A DNA stretch of 46,527 bases from an uncultured Staphylococcaceae bacterium. Lineage in GTDB: Bacteria; Bacillota_I; Bacilli_A; ML615J-28; CAG-313. Under the pieces are notes generated by a model. The model was not told where the DNA came from, ran no database searches, and saw only the letters and a list, made by a program, of their open reading frames with translations. The stretch spans positions 1-46,527 of the forward strand of contig CAYYTE010000003.1 in NCBI GenBank assembly GCA_964474685.1. The letters are read 5' to 3'. Below, piece after piece: positions 25,781-34,627 of this stretch; the stretch's first letter is position 1, and each line of letters begins with the position of its first letter. Position numbers and translations under genes: made by a program.

Positions 25781-28495
25781 ATGGCGAATAAGAAAAAGAT
25801 GATAGTTATTGATGGAAACAGTTTGATGTTTCGGGCGTATTATGCAACCGCATATACAGGAAATTTAATGCAAACAAGAAGTGGGATTTATACAAATGCT
25901 TTGTATGGTTTCATTAATATGATGAAACATTTGTTGTCTTTGAATTGTTCTTCCAATTCTTTGCCTAATTTAGATTCATCAATCTTTGTTGCTTTTGATA
26001 AAGGTAAAAAAACCTTTCGTCATAAACTCTATGACAATTATAAAGGAACTAGAAGTAAAACACCGGATGAGTTTATTATGCAAATCCCATTTATAAAAGA
26101 ATATTTAGATGCAATGAATATTTTTCATTATGAAGTAGATGACTATGAAGCGGATGATTTAGTGGGAACAGTGGCAACTCTTGCGAAAGACTATGAATGT
26201 GTTGAAATATATTCTGGGGATAGAGACTTGTTACAACTTGTTGGGGATAATAGAATTGTTTGTTTAAATAAAGTAGGGATTACACAATTGGATTGTTTTG
26301 ATTCAAAGAATTTTTTTGAGAAGGTTGGCTATATCCCTAGTGAAACCCCAGATTATAAAGCATTAGTAGGTGATTCTAGTGATAACTTACCTGGTATTGT
26401 AGGAGTAGGACCTAAAACGGCTGTTCGTTTAATTAATGAATATCATTCAATTGAAAATATTGAAGCTCATATCGATGAATTAAAAGGTAAATTAAAAGAG
26501 AATGTCGAGTTAGGAATTGAAAATGCCAAAAAAACAAAATACCTTGCTACCATTATTACAAATGTTTCATTACCTTTTTCCATCGATGATTGTGAGTTTA
26601 AAAAGCCGGACTATAATAAATTAAGAACTCTATATGAAAAGATGGAGTTTAAAAGTTTCTTAAAAGATATTCCTACTACAGAAGATTTTACTCAAGTAAG
26701 TTTTTTTTCTACACCTTCTGAAGTGGTAAATCTTCCAAAGATAGAAAAGAATGAAAATATAAAGAATTATCATATTCATGACATAAAAGATTTATATGCG
26801 ATTCTTAATCAAGCGAATGAATTTTGTTTTGATGTTATATTAAGCCAAGATAATTATCATCTTGCTTCTATTGTTGGAATTACTCTAGCTACGTTAAATG
26901 ATGTGTTTTATCTATCCTTGGATGAGTTTGTTGCTTCCAATGTATTTTCCCTATTTAAAGAAAAGGAAGTTATTACCATCGATAGTAAGAAGGTATTTGT
27001 TGCTTTATCTCATTATGGAATAAACTTGCCTAAAGTTGCTTTTGATATTTCTCTTGCGGGATATGTTGTTAATCCGTCTTATGGGAGTATTGATTTAAGC
27101 ATACTCTATCGCTATTTTGATATGGATAATCTACCTTTACAAAGTGAAGTATATGGCAAGAAGACTATTTATAATATGGAAAATATAGAAGTTTGTGAAA
27201 AATATGCGATGAATCTTGCTTATGGAGCAATGGTGATATACCCGAGATTGAAAAAAGAAATTCATGATATCAGTTGTGATTATTTATTTTATGAAGTAGA
27301 ATTACCACTGGCAAGAACTTTAGGAATTGTTGAGGGAAATGGTTTTAAAATTGATGAAGCAACTTTAGATCAAGTTGGTTTTGACCTTTTAAAACAAATG
27401 AATGAACTAGAAAAAAAGATATATGAAGAAGCGGGCGAAGAGTTTAATATTTCTAGTCCGAAACAATTAGGAGAAGTATTATTTGATAAATTAAACCTTG
27501 GGAAAGGCAAAAAGAATAAAACTGGTTATGTGACAAATGCGGAAGTATTAGAAAAACTATCGGAACGTCACATAGTTCCATCACTTGTTTTGAAATATCG
27601 TAAATATAGTAAGCTTTATAGTACATATGTTGCGGGGCTTAAGGATGTTATTAATAAAGAAGATGGGAAAGTTCATACTATTTTTAAACAAAACTATACA
27701 CTAACCGGTCGTTTATCATCGGTGGAACCAAATATTCAAAATATACCTGTACGTACGGAAGATGGGAGACTTATCCGCCAGGCGTTTATTCCTTCTTTTA
27801 AAGATGGTTTATTAATCAGTGCTGATTATTCCCAAATAGAACTTCGTATTCTTGCACATATGTCCAATTGCCCAAGTATGATTCATGATTTTCAAACAGG
27901 CGTAGATTTCCATTCCAATACCGCATCGAAGATTTATGATTTACCTTTAAATATGGTTACAAAAGATATGAGAAGAATTGCAAAAGCAGTAAATTTTGGT
28001 ATTATTTATGGAATGAGCACTTGGGGATTGAGTGATGAGATTCACATAAGCCCTTTAGAAGCCGCAAATTTTATTGAGCGATATTTTCTTATCTACCCGG
28101 AAGTTAAAGAGTTTTTAGATAAACTTGTAAGTGATGCGAAATCACTTGGATATTCTAAGACTCTATATAACAGAAGGCGTTATATTAATGAAATTAAAAG
28201 TAGTAACCGTGTACTTGCTAAGTTTGGAGAACGAACCGCAATGAATGCTCCGATTCAAGGAACAGCGGCGGATATTATTAAGATTGCTATGAATGAAGTA
28301 CAAAATGAGATTGAATCACATGGATTAAAAGCCTGTATGGTTGCGCAAGTCCATGATGAATTAATTATTGATACCCCAGCGGATGAGGTAGAAATTGTTA
28401 AAAAGATATTAAAAGAACAAATGACAAAAGTTGCTCAGTTAAAAGTCCCACTTGAAGTAGATGTTGAAACTGGTTCAACTTGGGATTTGAAGTAA
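25781..28495 (+). CDS. polA: DNA polymerase I
   Basis: 5'-nuclease domain at the N-terminus (IVIDGNSLMFRAYYA). Polymerase motif A DYSQIELRILAH, motif B RRIAKAVNFGIIYG, motif C QVHDELIID. Confidence 0.95.
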   Translation: MANKKKMIVIDGNSLMFRAYYATAYTGNLMQTRSGIYTNALYGFINMMKHLLSLNCSSNSLPNLDSSIFVAFDKGKKTFRHKLYDNYKGTRSKTPDEFIMQIPFIKEYLDAMNIFHYEVDDYEADDLVGTVATLAKDYECVEIYSGDRDLLQLVGDNRIVCLNKVGITQLDCFDSKNFFEKVGYIPSETPDYKALVGDSSDNLPGIVGVGPKTAVRLINEYHSIENIEAHIDELKGKLKENVELGIENAKKTKYLATIITNVSLPFSIDDCEFKKPDYNKLRTLYEKMEFKSFLKDIPTTEDFTQVSFFSTPSEVVNLPKIEKNENIKNYHIHDIKDLYAILNQANEFCFDVILSQDNYHLASIVGITLATLNDVFYLSLDEFVASNVFSLFKEKEVITIDSKKVFVALSHYGINLPKVAFDISLAGYVVNPSYGSIDLSILYRYFDMDNLPLQSEVYGKKTIYNMENIEVCEKYAMNLAYGAMVIYPRLKKEIHDISCDYLFYEVELPLARTLGIVEGNGFKIDEATLDQVGFDLLKQMNELEKKIYEEAGEEFNISSPKQLGEVLFDKLNLGKGKKNKTGYVTNAEVLEKLSERHIVPSLVLKYRKYSKLYSTYVAGLKDVINKEDGKVHTIFKQNYTLTGRLSSVEPNIQNIPVRTEDGRLIRQAFIPSFKDGLLISADYSQIELRILAHMSNCPSMIHDFQTGVDFHSNTASKIYDLPLNMVTKDMRRIAKAVNFGIIYGMSTWGLSDEIHISPLEAANFIERYFLIYPEVKEFLDKLVSDAKSLGYSKTLYNRRRYINEIKSSNRVLAKFGERTAMNAPIQGTAADIIKIAMNEVQNEIESHGLKACMVAQVHDELIIDTPADEVEIVKKILKEQMTKVAQLKVPLEVDVETGSTWDLK

Positions 28496-28504
28496 GGAGT
28501 ATTT

Positions 28505-29929
28505 ATGCCAGAATTACCAGAAGTGGAAACAGTTAAAAAAACACTGAATCATTTGATATTAAATCAAACAATTCAAAGTGTTGTTGTAAATTGCAATAGA
28601 ATGATTCAAACGGATTCGGTTGATAGTTTTTGTTCGAAGCTTGTTGGTGAAACTTTTCAAAAAATTGAAAGGTATGGAAAATATTTAATATTCTACTTAA
28701 CAAATTATGTTTTAGTGAGCCATCTACGTATGGAAGGTAAGTATTTTTACCAAAAAAGTAGTGAACAATTAAATCCTTATATTCATGTAATATTTCATTT
28801 AACAAATGGTTTTGATTTACGTTATCAAGATGTTCGTAAGTTTGGTACTTTTCAACTTATGAATATGTGTAGTTTTAATGAATTATTAAAAAAACCTCCC
28901 TTTTGTAAAATGGGGCCGGAAGCTACGAATTCTTCTTTAACGGGGGTTTGGTTGCATCAAATATTATCTACTAAAACAGCTCCTATTAAGTCTATTTTAT
29001 TAGATCAACAAGTAATTTCTGGTTTAGGGAATATTTATGTGGACGAAGTATTATTTCTTGCGGGGGTAAATCCTTTAACTATAGGAAAAGATGTAGATGT
29101 TATATCTTGTAACCGAATTCTCTTTTTCATGAATCATATTATGCGACAAGCGATTCTTGCGGGGGGAACTACAATAAGAAGTTATACAAGTAGTTTAGGT
29201 GTTAGCGGCTTATTTCAGTTTTCTTTAGTCTGTCATAGTTTAGTTGACAAGCCTTGTTATATATGTAACAGTCCTATCAAAAAAATAAAGGTAGGAGGAC
29301 GTGGCACTTATTTTTGTCCTCATTGTCAGATGATTCCCTGGCCGAAGGTCATAGGTGTTACTGGTTCGATTGCCAGTGGAAAGACGCAAGTGGATCTATA
29401 TTTAAAGAAGCTTATGTTTGATGTAATTGATTGTGATTCAATTGCTCATGATGTGTTGAAAAGTGATATTGATGTTAAAAAGGAAATTGCAAAATATTTT
29501 GGCCAGGAAGTGTTACTTCCAAGTGGTGAGATTAATCGTGAGAAATTAGGTTATATTGTTTTTCATTCTGAAGAGTCAAAAACTAAGTTAGAACAAATCA
29601 CGCATCCATCCATTTATAAAACCATTGTATATAGGATTCGAAATGAAAAAGCACCGATTGTTTTTTTGGATGCTCCTTTATTATTTGAGACGGGCTTAGA
29701 CAAAATTTGTAATGAAACAATTGTTGTTTCAACTTCAATTGAAACGCAAATACAAAGATTAATGGCTCGTGATGGTATCGATAAAGAGTATGCAATTCAA
29801 AAGATAAAAGGACAAATGTCACTGGCTGATAAGATTAAAAAAGCTACCTATGTGATTGATAATACAGGTAGTATTGATGAAACAAATAAACAAATAGATA
29901 AAATAATAAAAGAAATATTGAAAGGATAG
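28505..29929 (+). CDS. mutM/coaE: fused formamidopyrimidine-DNA glycosylase (Fpg/MutM) and dephospho-CoA kinase (CoaE)
   Basis: Fpg part: N-terminal MPELPEVETV, H2TH region, and zinc finger CYICNSPIKKIKVGGRGTYFCPHCQ ending at aa 275. The frame continues directly with MIPWPKVIGVTGSIASGKTQ (CoaE P-loop) to aa 474. There is no stop and no RBS at the junction (nt 29330). Confidence 0.85.
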   Translation: MPELPEVETVKKTLNHLILNQTIQSVVVNCNRMIQTDSVDSFCSKLVGETFQKIERYGKYLIFYLTNYVLVSHLRMEGKYFYQKSSEQLNPYIHVIFHLTNGFDLRYQDVRKFGTFQLMNMCSFNELLKKPPFCKMGPEATNSSLTGVWLHQILSTKTAPIKSILLDQQVISGLGNIYVDEVLFLAGVNPLTIGKDVDVISCNRILFFMNHIMRQAILAGGTTIRSYTSSLGVSGLFQFSLVCHSLVDKPCYICNSPIKKIKVGGRGTYFCPHCQMIPWPKVIGVTGSIASGKTQVDLYLKKLMFDVIDCDSIAHDVLKSDIDVKKEIAKYFGQEVLLPSGEINREKLGYIVFHSEESKTKLEQITHPSIYKTIVYRIRNEKAPIVFLDAPLLFETGLDKICNETIVVSTSIETQIQRLMARDGIDKEYAIQKIKGQMSLADKIKKATYVIDNTGSIDETNKQIDKIIKEILKG

Positions 29930-29932
29930 TAT

Positions 29933-30304
29933 ATGGGATTAAGTAAGAGTTTTTCAAATAGTTTTCAAACAGCGGATATTGAGACAGATAAAAGATTATT
30001 AACGAGGTATTATCATAATAATTATGATACTGTGAAAGAGGCAATTCTTTCTATAGCAAAAAAACATCAATTTAAAATCGATGGTATTGATGATCGTTAT
30101 AAGGAAATTGGAATTTCATCTAAGAAAGAAATGTATATTTTTAATTTAGCAAATCCTAATTATACAATTACAAGTGTTGATATCAAGATAGTTTGTCATT
30201 TCTTATTACCATTTATGCGTCCCGCAAAAATGATTAATGAATTTTATGATGAATTAAACAAACTTCTCGAGCTCAATCACGTAGGAGGAAAAAATGAGCA
30301 GTAA
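29933..30304 (+). CDS. hypothetical cytoplasmic protein
   Basis: 123-aa ORF with an AAAGGA RBS, tightly packed between coaE and the dnaB-like gene. I recognise no motif. Confidence 0.5.
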   Translation: MGLSKSFSNSFQTADIETDKRLLTRYYHNNYDTVKEAILSIAKKHQFKIDGIDDRYKEIGISSKKEMYIFNLANPNYTITSVDIKIVCHFLLPFMRPAKMINEFYDELNKLLELNHVGGKNEQ

Positions 30305-31604
30305 GGCATATAATCTTGGAATCGTGGACATGTTTTTTGGAGTAATCAATGAACATCCATTTTTAGACTATGAACAAGAATGCTTTACAAATCTTTATTT
30401 ACCGATAGTAGGTGGAGTTGCTGAAACTATTTACCGAGTGTTAAATCAATTAATTGACCCAATATCGAATGAATCCCCATATTATTCTCATAAACAATTA
30501 TTCTTAAAATGTGGTGATTTAAGTGAAATGCCCTTTTTAGAAGCAAGAGGAAAACTTGAGGCAGTAGGGCTTTTAGAAACTTATACAAAAGACCAATCCT
30601 TTATTTATCTATTAAAGCCTGTAAAAAACTATGGGGCTTTTTTCAAAGATGATATTTTATCTTGTGCGTTATTAGGGACTTTAGGGATGGATGAAACATC
30701 AAGAATTCATAAAGAACATTTAATTCATCGCTATGACCCTATTTCTATGAAATTTAAAGATATAACAAAAAGCTTTGATGATGTCTTTGAGTTTTCGAAC
30801 CATTCGAATCCCTTTGGTATGAATACCTTTGAGGGAGAAAATAGTGATGTACAAGTGATCAACAAAGATTTCAATTTTGAGGGTTTGCAAGTTCTATTGG
30901 ATAGTTCGGATATATTAAATAAATCCACACTTAGTAGCCCTCTATTTCTTGAAATGATGAGTAGATATAATTTTCTTTATAAATTAACGATTGAAGAATT
31001 AAAAGAAGCGGTTTTGAAAAGTAGTGATATAAATAAACAAATTGATTATGATTTGCTTTCCCTAAATTGTAAAAAGCTATATGGGGAAAAGAATAAAGGG
31101 ACTGGAATTCATTTAAACAAGGTTGCAAAACCGAGTGAGCAAATGAAAGATTCACTGGAGAACTATTTAACTTCTGCTTCGCCTTACGATGTTGTTTTAC
31201 AAAAGTATGGATCGAAATTAACACCAAATGAGGTTCAAATGTTTGAAGACTTGCAATATAAGGAAAAGACTCCATTAGGTGTGTTAAATGTTTGTATTAT
31301 TTTTGTTATGGATAATAAAAAGGGAGAAATTCCTTCTTATAACTATTTTTTAAAAATATTGAACTCTTGGAAACGTGATAATATTTTAACTATTAAAGAC
31401 GCTCTTAATAAGATTAACGAACCACGCGGGGGAAAGAATACGTATTCTAAAAAACCAGAAGTCAAATCACCTGAGTGGTATGAGTCTTATAAAAAGAATC
31501 GTTTTGATAATGAGGTTGATGATAAGAATCAACAAAAAATGAGTCCTGAAGAAGCAAAAGAATTTGCGGACTTTTTTAAACCAAAGGAGAATGAAGATGA
31601 GTGA
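30294..31604 (+). CDS. dnaB: Firmicute DnaB/DnaD-family replication initiation and membrane attachment protein (not the replicative helicase)
   Basis: Position immediately upstream of dnaI. DnaD/DnaB_2-like C-terminal repeat (SYNYFLKILNSWKRDNILTIKDA). GGAGG RBS. Confidence 0.6.
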   Translation: MSSKAYNLGIVDMFFGVINEHPFLDYEQECFTNLYLPIVGGVAETIYRVLNQLIDPISNESPYYSHKQLFLKCGDLSEMPFLEARGKLEAVGLLETYTKDQSFIYLLKPVKNYGAFFKDDILSCALLGTLGMDETSRIHKEHLIHRYDPISMKFKDITKSFDDVFEFSNHSNPFGMNTFEGENSDVQVINKDFNFEGLQVLLDSSDILNKSTLSSPLFLEMMSRYNFLYKLTIEELKEAVLKSSDINKQIDYDLLSLNCKKLYGEKNKGTGIHLNKVAKPSEQMKDSLENYLTSASPYDVVLQKYGSKLTPNEVQMFEDLQYKEKTPLGVLNVCIIFVMDNKKGEIPSYNYFLKILNSWKRDNILTIKDALNKINEPRGGKNTYSKKPEVKSPEWYESYKKNRFDNEVDDKNQQKMSPEEAKEFADFFKPKENEDE

Positions 31605-32472
31605 TTATTTAACAGAACAATTATATCATGATGTCATAATGACTTCATATCTTACAAAATGGTTTACAGATAACTTTTTATCGAGAGAAGATGTGTTAAA
31701 TAATCTTCCAGTTTTGTATTCTTATAAATTAAAAAAAGATATTTGTGTGAGTTGTAAAAAAGGGAGTTGTCTTCAAGAATCACCAGGACAAGAACCTTGT
31801 CTTGTATATCAAGAAGGTATTGTTTCCATTGAATATAATTGGTGTAAGTTTGCAAGTTCTTTATTTAAAAAGAACGCTTCGAGTTTTAATTTAAAACTTG
31901 TTTGTTGCAATTTTGATAATTATAATTTTAATGATGTATATATGCCCATTGCTCGTAGTTCTATTTATAAGATGGGAAAAGATATGGTTACAAATTTAAC
32001 TTCAAATAAACCAACGAAAGGAATCTATCTTTATGGTCCTTTTGGTACTGGTAAGAGCTATATTATGGCTAATCTTGCTAATCAAATGGTTGCAAGTGGT
32101 CACAAAGTTGTATTTGCTTTTTATCCAGATTTAATGAGATTACTTAAAAGCTCTATTGGAACAGGAGATTTAGAACAAAATATTCTTGAACTTAAAACTG
32201 CTGAAGTTTTAATATTTGATGATTTTGGTGTAGGACAAGTATCGCAATTTATACGAGATGAAGTGCTAGCACCAATTATTCAATACCGGTTAGATAACAA
32301 CTTAGTTACTTGTATGACATCGAATCTATCTTCCGATTTAGTTGAAAATTATTTAGCAGAATCCAATCAAAATACAAATAATCTTTGTGCCTCTAGAATT
32401 TTTGAACGAATGAAAGCAATGATGGATTTCGTTAGTTTAAATGATGTTGATTATAGGCATAAGAAGGAGTAG
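31597..32472 (+). CDS. dnaI: primosomal helicase loader DnaI
   Basis: N-terminal Cys-rich zinc module (CVSCKKGSCLQ...PCL). AAA+ Walker A LYGPFGTGKSY and Walker B LIFDDFG. AAAGGAGA RBS. ATG 31591 is an alternative start. Confidence 0.8.
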   Translation: MSDYLTEQLYHDVIMTSYLTKWFTDNFLSREDVLNNLPVLYSYKLKKDICVSCKKGSCLQESPGQEPCLVYQEGIVSIEYNWCKFASSLFKKNASSFNLKLVCCNFDNYNFNDVYMPIARSSIYKMGKDMVTNLTSNKPTKGIYLYGPFGTGKSYIMANLANQMVASGHKVVFAFYPDLMRLLKSSIGTGDLEQNILELKTAEVLIFDDFGVGQVSQFIRDEVLAPIIQYRLDNNLVTCMTSNLSSDLVENYLAESNQNTNNLCASRIFERMKAMMDFVSLNDVDYRHKKE

Positions 32473-32476
32473 GTGA

Positions 32477-34615
32477 ATGGAAAAGAAATTAAATGATAAT
32501 AACTTTATTGAGATAAAAGGTCTTAATAAATATTATTCAAACGAATCTCAAGTTGTTGTAGGTTTAAAGAATATTGATTTATCTTTAAACATCGGGGAAT
32601 TCATTGCGATTACTGGTGCATCTGGGAGTGGTAAGACCACTCTTTTAAATGTAATTAGTGGTATGGATACATATAATGATGGTTATTTTATGGTTGGTGG
32701 TAAGGATGTAAATACCTTTACTCCCATTGATTATGAGAATTATCGAAGAAACTCTGTACGTTTTATTTTTCAAAATTATAATCTTATTGATTCTTTTACG
32801 GTGTATGAGAATGTCGCAATTGCTTTTGATCATCAAGATATTGATAAAACTACAAAAGATACTAAAATTAAGGAATTATTAAAAGAGGTTTTTCTTGAAA
32901 ATATGAAAGATAAGAAAGTCTCTTATTTATCTGGTGGTGAGAAACAAAGGGTTGCAATTGCAAGAGCGCTTGCAAGTGATGCCCAGATCTTAGCGTGTGA
33001 TGAACCGACTGGAAATCTCGATAGTGAGAATAGCAAGAAAATAGTTGAAATTCTAAAAAGACTTAGTAATAAACGGTTAGTTCTTTATGTTACTCATGAT
33101 ATTGAAGAAATACAAGATGTTGCTACACGAGTGATTAAAATGCATGATGGACAAATTGTATATGATAAAATTCAAAAAGAGGTTGTAAAAGAGGAATTTA
33201 CTCCACTTGAAGATAAACCTTTAGTTGAGAAAACATTTAAAGTTAGTAATCGGTTATTACTTTCTACACCAAGAAGATTTGTATTATGGACATTAATCTT
33301 ATTTATTAGTACTCTATCTTTTGGTATTATTTATCAAATGTTGTTCAATCAATCCGCTAGTTCAAATAGTGATTATTATAAAAACTCATTTAGTAATTCT
33401 TATGATGAGCGAATTGTTGTGAAAAATAGTAATTTTGAGCCTTTTACGGTTGAACAATTAGAAACTATGTCTCGTTTAGAACATGTGAATGGGGTGATCA
33501 AAAATGATCTAGGATTAGATAATTCTTTTATGATCGATGATGATTCATTTTATTATCAGTTCTTTTACTTTCGTTCAAAAAACCTTATTAAGAATCAAAG
33601 AGTAAGTGTTGGAAAGTTTGCGACAAACGAAGATGAAATTGTGATTCAAAATGATTTTAAATACTCAGGAATTCATGATGAAGATTTATTAAATCGCAGT
33701 TTGAAATTTAAAAACAATCGAAACGAAAATAAGGTATATGAATTTAAAGTTACTGGAATCCTTCACGGAAGTAGGGGTTACATATTTGCAAGTAATTCTA
33801 AAATCGATGAAATTGGAAATGATCTGTTGTTATCTAAGTTAACTTTAAATGTGGGAGATGTGGAATTAACTGATTTAAAAGTAGTATTTGATGATACACT
33901 GGATTCAAATATGATTAAAATCAAGCGCAATGGATCCGCCTATGTTCCATATAATCCAACTAAGATTACTTTTAAATGTCCATTTTTCTCCTTTGAAATT
34001 AAAGATCCAACAGTTGAAGTTTCCCATGGTGATTTCTATGATTACTCATATGTTGTTTCTTGTAATAAGAGCTTGTTTCAGGAATATATTGATAAATCTT
34101 ATGAAGTAACAATTGATTGTACGAGTGCTAGTAATGTGGAGACATTAACGGCTGAACTAGAAAGTAAGGGCTTTTTAGCATTACCTATTCTTAAGACAAA
34201 ATCATCCGTACTTGAAATTACAAACTTCATTTCGAATATATTTAAAACTATCTTTTCATTTATTTTATTATTGTTGATTGCTTTCTTAAGCTATATATCT
34301 TTAAAAAATATTGTAATGAGCGAATCAAAAAGTTTTCAAACCCTAAGGGCTTTAGGCTTTTCTAGAAAAGGGATACTTAAAATATTAATTCATCAATTTA
34401 TTGGTGTTACTATCATTTGCTTCTTGATTTACTCCATTCTATTCCCAATTGTGATTTATTTATTTTCCTCTATTCCTCTTATTGCGAATATGAGGTATAA
34501 TCTATTTGATGCTTTCATTCTTTTATGTGCTATGAGCTTTTTATGTTTTGAGTTGATATTAAAATATTATAAGTTCATTTCAAAATTGAATGTATCAAGT
34601 AAGATTTTAGAGTAA
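32477..34615 (+). CDS. MacB-like fused ABC ATPase / FtsX-family permease (712 aa)
   Basis: [35 protein letters not shown] and VTHD at the N-terminus. Then TM1 (~aa 265-290), a ~300-aa extracytoplasmic domain, and a C-terminal FtsX 3-TM bundle. Confidence 0.8.
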   Translation: MEKKLNDNNFIEIKGLNKYYSNESQVVVGLKNIDLSLNIGEFIAITGASGSGKTTLLNVISGMDTYNDGYFMVGGKDVNTFTPIDYENYRRNSVRFIFQNYNLIDSFTVYENVAIAFDHQDIDKTTKDTKIKELLKEVFLENMKDKKVSYLSGGEKQRVAIARALASDAQILACDEPTGNLDSENSKKIVEILKRLSNKRLVLYVTHDIEEIQDVATRVIKMHDGQIVYDKIQKEVVKEEFTPLEDKPLVEKTFKVSNRLLLSTPRRFVLWTLILFISTLSFGIIYQMLFNQSASSNSDYYKNSFSNSYDERIVVKNSNFEPFTVEQLETMSRLEHVNGVIKNDLGLDNSFMIDDDSFYYQFFYFRSKNLIKNQRVSVGKFATNEDEIVIQNDFKYSGIHDEDLLNRSLKFKNNRNENKVYEFKVTGILHGSRGYIFASNSKIDEIGNDLLLSKLTLNVGDVELTDLKVVFDDTLDSNMIKIKRNGSAYVPYNPTKITFKCPFFSFEIKDPTVEVSHGDFYDYSYVVSCNKSLFQEYIDKSYEVTIDCTSASNVETLTAELESKGFLALPILKTKSSVLEITNFISNIFKTIFSFILLLLIAFLSYISLKNIVMSESKSFQTLRALGFSRKGILKILIHQFIGVTIICFLIYSILFPIVIYLFSSIPLIANMRYNLFDAFILLCAMSFLCFELILKYYKFISKLNVSSKILE

Positions 34616-34627
34616 GGGGAATCGAGT

